From NCBI GenBank assembly GCA_029953675.1, contig JAMWBK010000013.1:434001-498000 (forward strand): a stretch of DNA of 64,000 nucleotides, written 5' to 3'. This document shows positions 26,429-39,865 of this stretch, piece after piece. Every line of letters begins with the position of its first letter. Positions within the stretch are counted from its first letter, which is position 1. Below the pieces are notes generated by a model that did not search any database, was not told the origin of the DNA, and saw only the letters and a list, made by a program, of their open reading frames with translations. The stretch is from Rhodosorus marinus CCMP1338. Its lineage: Eukaryota > Plantae > Rhodophyta. Both the position numbers and the translations under genes were made by a program.

Positions 26429-27390
26429 GGGAAAGTCCGACATTGGTGGTGAACCAAGGGGAAGGCCCTTGGTTCTCGATCCCGGTTTTTTCCTGGGGGG
26501 GTTTTGTTTGGACAATTTTTGTTTTTATGAAGCTCACCCCCAGTTCATGTTTTATTTGTAATTTGTTTATTTATGAAGAGAGTCGTTCAGGTTTTTCCTT
26601 CTAGTCCTTTGTTGCCTTATTTCCGTCCAGAGAGCCTTTCTCTGGTTCCGGTCCTACTAATTTTCAGGGGGCGCAAGTTGGGCCCCCCTGGCGAAAAGTA
26701 AGTTTCTTTTGCACGCCCTTTGACATCGCCTCGAGGCCTTGTTTTCTCGTTCGCGCCTCTGGTCTCTCTGTCTGCTGCTCTGTGTGTGGTTTTTATTTTT
26801 TCTAATTTTGTTGAACGCGGCTGGCTGGCGCTCTCCCCCATGTCTTTTCCAAAGTTTTGGAGATGAAATTCTTGCTCTCATCCATTTGTGGTGCAACTAG
26901 GGAAATTCCAAAGAATCAGCAAACCCAGTGCGATAACTGAGCAACGGGTTTTTTATTCGATAGAGGCCGCTTTAGTTATGTTGCATATGTCCCTCGCCCT
27001 CACCTTACCAATACTGCAGTTCACTTCGTCGGGCTATTATTGAAGAAAATGATGAGCTCTTCGTTCGTAGGGACTAGAGGGCGGGACGAGGTGGACGGGC
27101 AGGCACACTGTGGCGAACGAGCGCGGCGGGCGGTTGGATGTGGTTGAGCACAAGAGGATGGAATGGGCGATTTCAACTCCGCACAGGTGTGGGGCAGAGT
27201 AGTGCTCTCTTTGAATTTCCGTCTCTGGGAGAAGTGGCGTCACGGGAGGTCTCGGTAGTCGGTTCCAAAGCTGATTTAGACCTGTCACTAACGACGGCGT
27301 GCTAGATCTTCCTGCGGTTGGATGCGGGTGGATGACCAGCTCATGTTTCACGAAAGTGGCCTAACCTCGTTCGGTGTCCCTGGTTGCCAG

Positions 27391-27831
27391 ATGAGTAGAA
27401 TTCCAATAGACTCATTACTAAACGAACAGGACCACGAGGAGGCTAACGCGGAGGAAACTGAAGCTTCGCCTTCGCCTCGCTCTGCAAAGGCATCTGCCAA
27501 AAAGTCGAGGACCAGGTGGAGCGCGGAAGAGGACGAACAGCTTCGGACTCTAGTGGAGAAGCATGGAGAGGGCAATTGGGATTTCTTGGCCTCGTTTTTC
27601 TCAACAGGCCGAACGGGAAGGCAACTTAGAGCGAGATGGAAGAACAACCTGGATCCCCGCCTCGTCCGATCTGTATGGACGTCAGAAGAGGACGCCAGGC
27701 TCCTGTACGGGCGAGCGCAAGGAGATTCATGGAGTTCTCTAGCGAGATCGTTCCCCGGTCGCTGCGATAACGATCTCAAGAACAGGTTCTATCAACTACA
27801 ACGTGGCCCCGGATCCAGTAAGCTCAGATGA
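27391..27831 (+). CDS. Two-repeat (R2R3/c-Myb-like) Myb transcription factor, intronless
   Basis: WSAEEDEQL..HGEGNW..GRTGRQLRARW.N.LDP and WTSEEDARLL..SW..LA..FPGR.DNDLKNRF. Confidence 0.92.
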   Translation: MSRIPIDSLLNEQDHEEANAEETEASPSPRSAKASAKKSRTRWSAEEDEQLRTLVEKHGEGNWDFLASFFSTGRTGRQLRARWKNNLDPRLVRSVWTSEEDARLLYGRAQGDSWSSLARSFPGRCDNDLKNRFYQLQRGPGSSKLR

Positions 27832-27951
27832 CACTGAATGACGATAGGATTGATAACGCCCTCCATCGAATGCTTACAGTGACACGCGCGGTGTCTGCGC
27901 TGTTCGAATAGCCTCGAAGACCTCTGTTTTTGGGACCTGCTTGCACGGAGA

Positions 27952-28070
27952 ATGGATACCCTGCAGCAATGGATACCCTGCAACAATGGATACCCTGCAA
28001 CAATGGATACCCTGCAACAATGGATACCCTGCAACAATGGATACCCTGCAACAATGGATACCCTGCAACA
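27952..28070. repeat. Minisatellite, 7 x 17 bp (atggataccctgcaaca)
   Basis: Seven head-to-tail units; only the first has one substitution. Confidence 0.97.
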
Positions 28071-29341
28071 CAACTAGTATTTACCCGCCTGCTTCAGGGT
28101 GAAACAAAACGCAGAGTCGATGCACTCTTGCATAGCAACTGGCGCAGGAGTTCCATCTATGCTGTAATATTTGAACATGACTAGCCCGTGAGAGGTGGGA
28201 GCTGCTAACTTTTTTTCCTTCGGGCTTGCTGAACTTGATTCCACGGCCGTAAAGCTGCCACGCCTGGTTTTTGAGGCTACTCTGGAAAAAGGCGCCTCGC
28301 TTTTGGTGGCCCCCAAGCTATGGGATATGCGCCCGCTTGACGCTTAAGAGATGTATAATTCGAGAACTAGTATGTACGGAAGATGTATATCTACCAATAT
28401 GACAGGTGGTATCACCCAGTCGATGGGTCTCAATGGCAAAATGCGCATCAACTTGCTCACTTTGTTTAGGATTCTATAGCACAAATCAAGCCGGGACAAG
28501 TGTTTCAATATTGTTAGGCACTTGTCGCTGATGGATACTTGGCTACCCGTTTTCCCGGTGGGAGCAAATGATGGGCTCTGGACCTTCCGAGTAAAGGAAA
28601 TCTATCAACTTTTGTTTCAGGGTTCAGCACCAGCTTTTAAATAGAGCCAAAGTGCTACGTCTGCTGCTGAGATATCCAAAGCGGCATCTTCCCAAATCCA
28701 GCCGAGACCAATCAGCGCGTTGTTTTCGTGCAAGTCAAGATTGTGTCCCTGGGACAAAGCATTTGTCATTTGTTGTAATCGAAACCGCTCTCGTGCTCAT
28801 ACATGCACATCCACAAGCGGTACTTGTCAGTGCTCGGCGCTGCGAGATAAGTGTATCCGACGCTGGCCTATTGGAGTGATTCTCATCCTCTCGTGGTTCT
28901 GGAGTGGATAGAGACTCTCATACTTCGTGTAGGTCGTCCAATTCAAGGCGGAATCATCTTTTCACCTCGAGGTTTCACGAGAAGAGTTAACCTCGCACCA
29001 AACCGCACGAATTTCGTCCCGCCTATGGAACGTGACTGGAACAGGCCCAGCTCGCTCAGCAACGCTTCTGGAGTTAGGGCCCCCCCTCAAGCGGATCTGG
29101 ATTTTCATTCTGTGAGCCAATCGGGGTATTGGCAAATCTCTTTTCCTTTTTGCACATGTTGGTTTGAGGATGCTATGCTTTTTCATGACTGATACCGAGG
29201 GTTTCGCGCGAGGCTTACTTCCGAGTACACGGGTTCAGGCTTGGCTACCGGGGTCGTTCAAGTCCCCCTCTGTTCTGCCGAAGGCTGCTTGCAATTGGCG
29301 CTTGGGGGAACTATCGGCTGTCATCTTCGTAATGAGAAGAC

Positions 29342-31828
29342 ATGGGTGACGTCAGTTCCAGAAAGTTGAGAGTAGCAGTGATCGGAGGCGGTCTCTCCGG
29401 ACTTTCGGCCGCCTACGAGCTTGGGAAAAACCCGCTCCTTCACGTTGACTTATTTGAGAAAAGCGATCACCTCGGGGGAATAGTGACTACCACAGAGAAG
29501 GACGGGTTTCTCTTTGAGCTTGGTCCGCAGTCTATGAACTCGAAACACGACGAGGTACGATAAAAAGCTCTGCAAAAACTATCTGGCTTTCTCAGAATTG
29601 GATAGCGGCGTTCAAACGTTGCCTGCTCCAACGACTGATATTCGCGCCATCGCTCCGGCAATACCTCAATACTGCAGGTGGAAGAAATCATTCGCGATCT
29701 GGGTCTAGTCTCAAACAAGGTCTTCCGATCCGGTGGAAAATCGGTGAAGACTCTGATCATTCGAGATGGCAAACCGGTGGAGCTCAAGCTCAGCCCTAGC
29801 GGCTTCTTTTCGAGCAAGCTATTGTCTTTCAGGGCCAAACTTTTCCTCTTCTTGGAGCCGTTCAAGAGGAAGTCTAAAAGCACAGACCTTTCCATAGACG
29901 AGTTCAGCGCACATCGGTTTGGCAGGGAGGTACTTGGAGCACGAACTCATCTCTTCCGAAACTCCAGAGCGGAAGAATTCACGATCATGGATGCTCTCTG
30001 ATTCCTAAGACTCGGTAGTCAGACGCCTACGGAGAGTTTGCGAATCTTACCAGGTGCCCCCGTCACTGTTTCGTTCTGTTGTCCCTAGACTACTGACTAT
30101 CTCGTCGACCCGATGATGTCTGGAGTGAACGGAGGCTCACTGCGCACTCTGTCTGCGAAGTATGCGTTGCCGACTGCCTGGATTGCAGAACAGACCAAAG
30201 GCTCGGTCATACTGGGTATGTTAGGCGCCAAGAAAAAACACCCACGAAAATATCCATCGAAGCTCCTCCGCGAGACAATGAGCTTTGAACAAGGCCTCAA
30301 GGTGAGTGCAAGCATTTGGGATCTCGACGTTCAATAGATGTGAATGGGCTGGGCGCGCATCAATGCTCCATCCAGGACCCTGACCTTTGGTTCTCATGTA
30401 TCGATCTCTTCGAAGGTCTTGCCGGACACCCTCGCAGAGAAATCGAAGGCGTTCATTCACAAGAAGAGAGAAGTAAAGAGACTTTGCTTGCAAGAGGATG
30501 GACGGTGGGTAAGGGTATGACCGAACAATCGGGGTTTGTTTTAAGCTTGTGGATTTATCCCGACCATCTTCACTGGCGTTCTCTTCTAAAATCGGCAGAA
30601 TTCATTTTTGTTTATTTCCTGCTCTCAACAATGACCCAAGGATGTGGGGCATTGGAGCCCTTACGACGCGGTTATATCCACTGCACCGACCTATTCGTTG
30701 CAGCAGATCTCGACCTGTAGAAACACAAGGCTGCGAGAGCTTCTCAGCGACCTTTCCACGCTTTCGTATTCCGCAATAAGCATCCTCTTCTTGGTTCGTA
30801 CGGCCATTGAACGTGGAGGTTTTGAGTCTGCACCCGCATCTAACCATGAGGTCGCCGTTGACCTGTTGCAGGGATTCAAGGACGTAACTTCGCGAATTCC
30901 TCTGACTGGTTTCGGATGCCTGGCTCCCACGAGAGAGTCTCGGAGTTTTCTTGGAATGACATTCACCACATCTAGCTTTGAGGTAGGTCAAAAGTAGCTG
31001 GTGCCTCCCCGCCAGGGCTCGGTGCCGTGGTCGTAACAGTCGCCGTCCGAGAGGCTCAGAGATATCCTGTACCCGATCTAGCGAGTAGAAAGCAGCTGAT
31101 TACTTGCGCTTCAAACGGGAAATTGTACACAGGGTAGAACTCCTGAGGGAGGCATCGGCGTGAATGTTTTCTTAGGTGGTGGACACAACCCCAAACAAGC
31201 CCGCTTCTCCCAGGATGAAGCAGTCGCAATGGCGAGACATGAGCTACATGAGGTACAGTTTCAACGCAGCTTTCCGTCGTGAATCTTCCGCCGCTTGGTG
31301 TTTCTATGCCCAGTGGACGTGGAAACTGCTCTGATCAAAATGTCCTGCTTTTTTTTTTCGCCGCCAGTTGTTTGGGATCGAGAAAGCTCCGCAGACAGTG
31401 GCATATCGACAATGGCTGCGGGCTATCCCGCAGTACGAGTTGGGGTACGTGTTCAACTCTACAGTGTGGACGTTGGGGTGTAGGATCACCGGTGTGACCT
31501 GTTTAGATACGAGTTCTGAGGTAACTTGTTGTGTTTTCGCTCTGTTCCCCAGGTATGAGCACTACGAGTCGTCATTGAACGCAGCCGAAGAAGAGTTCCC
31601 GGGGTTGTTTTTTGCTGGTAATTACAGAGACGTACGCTTTTTCCCAAAAGTTCCGCGTTTGATATTTGCCATCTTGCAGCGGAGAGATGAGTCTTTCTCG
31701 TATAAGAGTTTTGCTCACCTATCGTTTTCGACTGCCATCAGGGCATTGGAGTCCCAGATGCGATTCGTTCTGGAGTTATTGCTGCAAAGCGAGTTAATAA
31801 ATTCCAAGAACCAGCTGAAAGTCCGTAG
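29342..31828 (+). CDS. PPOX: Protoporphyrinogen IX oxidase (HemY/PPO2-like, no obvious transit peptide); multi-exon
   Basis: VAVIGGGLSGLSAAY (FAD-binding), GG..TTTEKDGFLFELGP, DPMMSG..GG, DAVIST.P, GFGCL, W..AIPQYELG, GLFFAGNYR and GV.DAI.SG. Confidence 0.93.
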
Positions 31829-32339
31829 AGAAGTCTGAGATGAAGGCAACGTTCCCCATGCTGCTAGGGTGCACGAAGGTTGAAATTGTCATGTTCATTT
31901 GTGAACGGGAACGGCCCTCACGCTGTTTATTGCGCAGCTCGGAGCTGTGGTCTAGAGTATGTGATTCGTCTCGCCGTTGACGTTCAACGCGTCCGCTTCG
32001 TCTTTTTCTGATATGGCTTTCCTGTCACCTTCAGGGAACACTGTGCTTGGGCTATCTTGGTATCTGGTTGCGTTGTACTTGTAAATCCAACATCTTTTGA
32101 TCTGTCAACTGAATGTCAACCTTCCGACGTTCGTCTGCCTAGGTTCCCTCTCTGGCAATTCGAGTCGCAGAATACTTTTACTTGTGGTTCAACACATTTT
32201 GGGCATATTGCTCGCCACCAGAATGCTCCCTGTTTCTTTGCCCTCAGCCCTTGTCCTCGGAGTCCAGAGCCTTTCCGCGCACGAGCCCGTATGGCCTTGC
32301 TAGCGACTTTCAGCATGACACAGAGCCCGTCGCGAAAGC

Positions 32340-33488
32340 TTAGGACCTAGCGATTTCCATGACGATCTTCCCCATTGTCCCACCACTTTCTGCTAGCTCA
32401 ATTGCTCTCTTGTACTCGGCGAACGGTACTACTTGATGGATAATGGGCTTCATTTTTCCTGACGCCAGGTAGGGTGAAAGCCGTTCGTAGTAGTTCGTCT
32501 TCCCACCGTGTAACAAAAACGTGGCTCGGGGATCTCTTGCCGCAGCACCAGTAAGCTGCACGTATTTTCCGTCCTCAGCTAGAAGCGTTAGACACTTCTC
32601 TCCCTCACCGACAGTGTCCAGGATGAAATCGAACTTGTTTCCTTCTAGAGCTTGTACAAGATCTGTCGTTTTGTAGTCCACGACTTTATTCGCGCCAATC
32701 CTTCCCACCTCTTCCACCTTCGATGTTGAGGCTGTCGCGGCAATAAACTCTGAGTTTAGAACGTGCTTCGCTATTTGAACCATTGCCGATCCCACCCCTC
32801 CAGCACCACCCGTAATGAGAACCGAACGAGTTGACGCTGGATCTGCCATGTGAGAGAGTATTCATTCAATGCCATTGCAGAAGAGATTCCTCCCGAGTTA
32901 GATCTTCAGCGCTCATGGACGGGGACGAGTTGTTGCAAAACAACTTTACCGCTTCGCTCCACTGCTTCAATGCATGTGCCGAAAGTGACCCCTACACAAC
33001 CCGCGATAGCGGGGTCCAATCCTTCGGGCAGGGCGGCTATTGTGTCCTCATAGACGTTTGCGTACTCCGCCCATGCTCCAAACTGTTGAGGTCTATGTGG
33101 TTGTCGCTGCATATTTCCGAATACTTTCTGTCCAACAGAAAACTTTTCTGCGCCTGGGCCGACTCTCACAACCTCACCACAAAGATCGTACCCATCCACG
33201 ACGGGGAAAACGTCGGGAGGACTGATAAGGTCAAGCACAACAACAGTATTTGAGCCCCGGTTTAGCGCGAGGGATCCACACCATTATCATATTATTGTTA
33301 ATCGGAAGTCTCACTCACCCACCAATCACGGTCAGCATTATCCTACGCCGCAGAGAATCGATTGGGTTCACGGAAGTCGTGAACACCTTGACCAAGACTT
33401 GTCCCTCGTCCAATGGGGGTAGCTCAAAATCGGCCTTCAGGTCATAAGTGTCCAAGTCTCCCGTTTCAGAACGAACGAGAGCCCTCAT
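32340..33488 (-). CDS. Zinc-independent medium-chain reductase / NADPH:quinone oxidoreductase-like (MDR family)
   Basis: MRALV..QVLVKVFTTSVNPID, GYDLCGEVV.VG, GAWAEYA, VLITGGAGGVGS..VQIAK, V.DY, D.ILDTVG and GKIV. Confidence 0.9.
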
Positions 33489-34364
33489 TATTCTCTGTCT
33501 CTGCTGCGGACGAGAAGTGAGATCCGCGCTACAAGAGCCTGTGTTCCTCCCCTCCGAACAATCTCCGGATCAATACCGGCGGTGACGCTAGTTACGATAC
33601 GATCAACTCGTCTCGATCCTAATTCTTCGCTAAGCTATTGCAGCTACCCCCCGTCTGAACATCCAGCAGCCCCTCAACTCTAACGCAACAGGTGTAGAGT
33701 GCCTGCAAATAAATACAGCCATTGAACACCCCACTGCATTCGCTCCCTGTCCCAAAAAATGTTGAGCATAGCATCTTACCTTCACTGGGCCAAGTTTCGC
33801 AATCAAGATACGATCCAATCAGTAAATTTTTTTTCCGTTGACTAAGCTGCATGCTACCCCTCCCTCCCCCCCCGCCCACGTACATTAAATCAATCCATTC
33901 GCGCTTGTTTTGGGAGGGACTAAGGGGAATGCGGAGAGTGCCCTTAATGGTGTGTTTTTTAACGCAAACAGTATATTCCCAATCCCTTGCTGATTGATAG
34001 ATACAATAGATCTATCACCTTTTCTGTGATGTCATATAGATTCCAGGGTGGTTCGTTTCTGCGAACCTCGGCAAGGATGGAGATTCCTGTGATTGGATGT
34101 TAAGTTATGGATAGAAAGTAGTGATTGGAGATAAGTAGATAGAAGTCGCTTGATTCGCTGAAAGCCGAGGGTAAAAAATACAAAGAAAAAGGAAGAGACA
34201 GCTAGCTGTGTGTATGAGAAAAGGTTGGAGCGTCACACAGTGAGAAACCTGCTGGGGACAGGTAGGTTTTCCTGGGGGCTTCCAAGCGCTGAAATATCAA
34301 AATGATGAAATATCAAAAGACTGAAGCAAAAAAAAAGAACAACCCCACTTGCGTAATTGACAGG

Positions 34365-34928
34365 TGCATTTCTCTCATTTCCCTCCCTCCTCGTCAGGAG
34401 GCTGAAATACAGTCCAAGCTTATGGACGCTCCTGCGGCGTCCTGTTCAAAAAACACCAATGTATGCGGTGGTGGACGTATGCGCTCGTCGTTTATACCGA
34501 GCAGAATCTGCACGGAAGCCCGGCGGATCAGCGCCCGCTTCACAGCGAATATGCGCTGTGCAGCTGGGATGTCTTGGTCGAAAAGCCCGGTCTACGGACA
34601 GTTTTCAGGATGTTGACGAACGCCTGAATTGAAACTTGCTCTCTCGCCAACAACACGAAAAGTTTATTCGTCTGCGTTTCAGCACCCTCGCATCGGGCTT
34701 CGAGCCTCCCGATATTGTCAGGAGCCTAGCCACCTCCGCGGACCTTGACGGTTTCCTTTCCAGCCGGACTGGGTCCCAAGGCATCGCTTGGGGCCACGAA
34801 AGGGTCTTTTGAAACACATCCGTTCGCGGTCCGGGTCTGGCTGGAGCGCTGGCAATGTCATGCACCGGGTGGGCGGGAGTTTCCTCGGCATCCACTGTGG
34901 GATCAGCCGTATTTTCTGCAGGTAGCAC
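34365..34928 (-). CDS. Putative spliced hypothetical gene
   Basis: ORF 34605-34928 plus a second protein-like exon after a ccgtag acceptor (TGLFDQDIPAAQRIFAVKRAL..). No recognisable domain. Confidence 0.3.
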
Positions 34929-35984
34929 ACACCACCGTGTTCATCCGCTTGCTTGGACGGTACTCACCCGTCGGGAACTCGACCATGACTTGATTCGCAC
35001 TTACGTGGGAAAATTCGCGGGTGGAATCGTACTCCGCGTCGTCCAGTTCAGTAGTGCTTTCCAAGCTTCGCTATTGATCATTTTTTCCCATTGTTCGTGC
35101 GTTGCAAGAGCCACCAATTTTCCCTGCAACGCGAATCAATTCATGCAATCCAATCTCGAGCGTACGGCGCCTTGACACCTTCTGAGAAACCATGCCACGA
35201 TCGGCTGTGAAAATTAGGGACTCTCTGAAAAACCCACTTTTAGAGGCTACGCTTGGATTGCACGAACCGTCCCGGAAGACGAACCATCAGCGCAATTCAT
35301 AGGTGCAATCGAAGCCCCAGTACGGTCCAATTTGTCACTGTGGTCTAGTATATATATCCCCAGCAGCGGGAATTCGATTGATGCGCACGGAGTGCAATCG
35401 CCTTCAGCTTTGCTGTTCGATGACAGTTGCTGTGGACGCTACAGATTTTCAGATTCCCTGGTGATCATGGCATATGATGAGATTATCACAGCGTAAGGAA
35501 ATCGAACGCGTACACTTCTTTGGTGCAGAGCCATCTTTCTCGACTCGCGAACACGAAAGGAGGAAAAATTCCGGTTTTAACCCAGCGCTCCCTCATCTTT
35601 TCGTTGGAGGATGCGCATGTTCGTCGGATGGGACTCAAGCCCAGGTGACGCACGCCAATCGAATGACATTGTCCGTTGTTGCTTAGTAACTACCTCCAGC
35701 TGAGGGAGGGTCGTTTATGTTTCTGGGCTCCCTGCGCCTTACGAATCTGTTCTGCTTGTCTTGGCAACCTCAGGCCAACCTCCAGCACGGTTAGGTCTGC
35801 ATTAGGTCCCAAGAATTCACAGTGATGCTTGTGTCCGTGCACCTGTGGACTCAGAAAAAAGAAAAACCCAATCTGTGGCTGTCATGAGCTTCTGTGACAC
35901 ACATCCATCACCTAGCACGTCCTCTTTGCCGCTCCTGCTTCAAGAAGTCAGGAGCCGGAAAAGTTTTTACGAGTTCCAGCCGCT

Positions 35985-38904
35985 TCATTGTGAACAGCAG
36001 GTCCAGCCTCCTACTGTAGGCCGTATATAAGTCTCTACATACGAGTGCACGAAGCTCAACAGAGAATCCAGGCCAGGCGGCATTCTCAACTCCGATTGAT
36101 CTGATCTGGACGAGGTGACACTGGCATGCCTTAGACTTGCCATTGATGCTAGCAAGAAGCGTTCAGCACGCTTTGTCTTTGTCTTCTTGATCTCTAGTCT
36201 ACATTGGATGGATTTACTCGCATAGCCTGAAGCGCACGCTTGTCTACGTTCATCCGCAACTACACATCTGCCAAATATCCTGGCCAGTAGAGTACTTTTC
36301 CTAGTGTTACAAGAAGCTCGTTCGTCTGCGGCTACATCAAATAAGTTAAGTATGCCAAGCGTTTGAAAAAAACGCAGGCTGGGGAGTCCCAACGTATTTC
36401 TCAAGAGGGGATCGGCTCCCCTTGCCTGGCAAAGACAACGCTCCCCTGAAGTGCAAGGCCTCCTGTTCTTCTTGGTCGTGTGCAACATCGCACAAGACCT
36501 GATTGAAACTTTCAAAGGTTTTCCCCAAGCTCGAAACAACTGAGGCCAGTTCCTGACTGCTCTCGTCGAAGCTGGCATCATGGATGAGCTGGGCTATCTC
36601 AACCATTATATCCATTGCAGCACTCGCGAACGCAGACCTGCGGAATTCCTTCAACGGAAAACATAAAAACACAGACGCAAAGGGTGGAAACGGACGAGCA
36701 GATGTCAGTACATCGCGGTGGTCTCGTCAGAGAGTTTAGAGGGAGGTATGACTGCGAAGCTTTACACAACCTGTACTGATGCGTCTTCCCAGATTTGCAG
36801 GAGCAGATGCAGGAATTCATATTCGCGAAAAAGAATTCTTATGCTTCTCATATTTCCCCTCGTCATTACCGACATTACGCACCTCACCCACTGCGAATGC
36901 AAAAGGCTGGCATTCGGGTACCGGGAACACAATCTGCTGATTTCTCCAATGGTATCGTTTGATACCAAATGTTCCACATGCTCCTATACAGTATGCGAGA
37001 CATGATCTACGTCAGTTGGACTGCTATTATAGGAGATGTTAAGTATCTACCCGGGCAGCTCCAAGTCACCCGGCCCGTTCAGCGTATTTCTGGTGCCTAC
37101 CTGGGAGCACCTGCGAAAGCAAGTCCCGAAAAACCTTGAGATTTCAAGCCGTGTTTCTCCTATGGGTATGCCTTCGGTGACTTTGGGTACGATTCCACGA
37201 CCGCACGTCAGCAGAGCTAGGAGGTCCGCTGTTTTGGTCCTGAGGAACAACTCCAATTCGGTCGATGCGGTGCTATTCACAGCGTTTGTGTCTGACCGCA
37301 AGACAAGCATGTCCTCGTACAACCGCAAGGATTCTCTCGGAGCGCCGGAGAGCTCATTTCGCTAAACAGAAATAAATTTGGACAAAGGTGAGGGTTTACA
37401 ACCTGCCAGGTGCCGACAACCCGGCTGCGTCCACCCCCATCGGGTCTCATCACTTACTAGAGCAGTTTTCAAACCAGCACCGAAAATGTCCATAAGAGGT
37501 TTGAGTCTCAAGAAGATGTTCAGCTGCAAAGTTGATTTTCCCGTGAGATAATGGTGCAGGTCGTTCTGAAGTTGATAGACAACATTCGCGAAGACGTGGC
37601 CTGGGGACATTCAGAGGAAGCCAAACAAAAAATCGTTCCCTCAGTCAAGTATGCAGTGAATCCGAAACTCCGCGGAGAGTAGCCAGACTCAATTGCTCAT
37701 GCACTAGCTAAGAGCCCGGGGGAATCAGCTATGAATCCAATGTCCTAGTTTGGTCTCAAGAAAGCCGGCTGCGTACGATTCGGGGCTGCTTTCACGTACA
37801 AGAGTTTTCTATCGTCTTGGAGGACGACAGCTCCACATTCTCGAGCTCAACAGCGGTGACGAACGCGGACGCAAGCAGGTCGAAAATGTTCTCTTGGCAA
37901 AGTAGTGATAGGGACAGCCGTACTACTCGGTCAGTCGTCCCAAAGAATCGATTCATCGACTCACGCTTGTCCAAGAAATGAGTCAACAGATCGGCAACGG
38001 CTTCATGTGCAACATGCTTGACAAGGTTGGGAATAAAGGACCCGACTTCTTCCATACGCATGAGTGTCCAGAGCGGCTTCAAGTTTAAGGCAGCAAACAC
38101 CACCTGACAAACATTCGTCGTGACGCTAGCATCCAGCGCATCCGGATCACCTTCAAAGTAACGGAGGAGAGACCTAAACGGTTCTTCCGTTCTGCACACA
38201 GACACCAGTACGTACGAGGGCCCGTAGGCGATTGCGTTCGAAGCGACATAGGAGAGCATCTTCTTTGCCCTAACGTCCTCCAGGACTAGTGTCGTCTCTC
38301 TGGAATCCCGTTCCTCAGTTGAAGTTACCAATCTCAGAAGCTCCTGCGATGAAAAAAATGGTGGGAAGGAGACGGTAGAACTTGCATTCTTAGGACGCTG
38401 GAAAACAGAGCATAGTTTGGCTGAAAGTCACTTTTTGCCAACCCTTCGCCATCGCGTATGAAGCGGAGGCAATGTACAGCTCGCTAAACATTTCAGTGTC
38501 GATGGCGACTGAGGGGAGTCTAACGCTAGGTAAGGCCCTCAGAAACGCATATTATTGCCGTTGAGGGAACGTACGAGGGATACTTGCTCTCGACAGAGAA
38601 AGTGATACAACTTGGAGACCTGTGGAGCAGGTAGTTCTGCTCGCAGCTCGCCCATTTCCATCAACAACAACTTCAATTCTGAGGAGGATCCCTTCTCGGC
38701 ATTGTGAAGCGTCTGATTGAACTGATTCAGTCCGATGCCAGCTTCTGAGGGGCCCGTAATATGTTGCAGGCTTTGGGTAGCATAGTCGCCAAGCACCAGT
38801 TTCTCTATCCAAAAAGCTGCGGACTTCGCCAATTGCAAAAGGCCTTCCACGACGAGAGACATTCCTAAGTACTCGGATGTACGCAGGTCAAGTCCATCTT
38901 TCAC
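35985..38904 (-). CDS. SIT4/PP6 phosphatase-associated (SAPS-domain)-like protein; 5' end uncertain, may extend to about 39590
   Basis: Helical exons with SAPS-like motifs: LLRYFE..LD...T..CQV...L.LK, FIPNLVKHV..EAVADLL, IPIGETRLEI and SRYPNASLLH.QW.RC. Recognised from memory of the family. Confidence 0.62.
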
Positions 38905-39865
38905 CTTTATGTTGACCCGCTTCCCGCGTCAGGAGCCCAATCGAGTATCGAAACTGCTGAGAACCTCCAAAGGATTGCCAAATACATTGATATCCACCTT
39001 GCGCCTACTGCTTCACGACATACCAGGAAAACTCGCTGCTCTCGGCTGTCTTCCACGCGAATATAGAAATACTCACCCTGCGGCTCATCCTTTCCCGGAC
39101 CCGTTTCGCTTCGCTGCCGTCAAGAGCTCCTCAGACTCTTCACAAATTCAAATCCTTCCCCACGGTTTTCACCGTAGCGAATTGGCTTCAGAAGTTGGCT
39201 TGAGCAAGTTCACGTGCGTAAAAAAAACCAGTTCGTTTTATGGGCAGCTCTCACAAGCTGAGCAGGTTTGACAGAATCTCAATCTCACCTTTGCAGCACC
39301 ACTGTGTGCTGCCCTTCCGGCTGAATGCCGAGTAGGTGGGTGGGGAGGTCGCGGCCAATGTTGGCTTGGTGAATAGGACTCATCAACTGTGCGAGATTGC
39401 AAACATTCTCTCACATCCCATATCAAAGTGGTGGACGTTTTGCTTCTCCAGGTTCCTTTTGTGGGTCAGAAACGAGCCCCAGAAGATTGAGATGCCTGAG
39501 CTTAGAGAAATGCCGGATCCTTTGTCCTCAACTCTGGCGTTTATCTTTGGCTTTGAGGAAATGACGTTTATGGAGCGGTTACGCCCTCGCATCTGAGAAT
39601 GGCATTGCTCCCGTCAGCCCAAGCCGGAGAGGCTTCTCGCGCGAGGTTCATGCCCTCTGCTTGAAACGGTGGGAGTAAAGGATAAATGGATGATAGATTA
39701 TCTGGAAACCATCAGCATCCCTGCGAAAAGCATTTCTAGTATGTTGGTCGGGCGGAGGGATTCCAGAGCGTGAACAGGTTGTGTCCGCCGAAAGAGCCTT
39801 GGAAAGGAAAGGAATATCTTAGCTCGGTGGTAGCCTTAGCGTGAGATTTCTTTGTCGATTCTGGA

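Noticed and set aside
27952-28070. 17-bp array as a CRISPR array
   Set aside because: Units are directly adjacent with no unique spacers; eukaryotic context; no cas genes.
28407-28414. TGGTATCA as an initiator-Met primer binding site
   Set aside because: The match stops after 8 nt, there is no preceding LTR CA end and no retroelement sequence nearby.
39336-39865. OHCU decarboxylase domain or PTS2 fused upstream of the HIU hydrolase (as in plant TTL)
   Set aside because: No HP.L or FGF.F.I motifs in the correct context and no RL-x5-HL signal found in the upstream frames.
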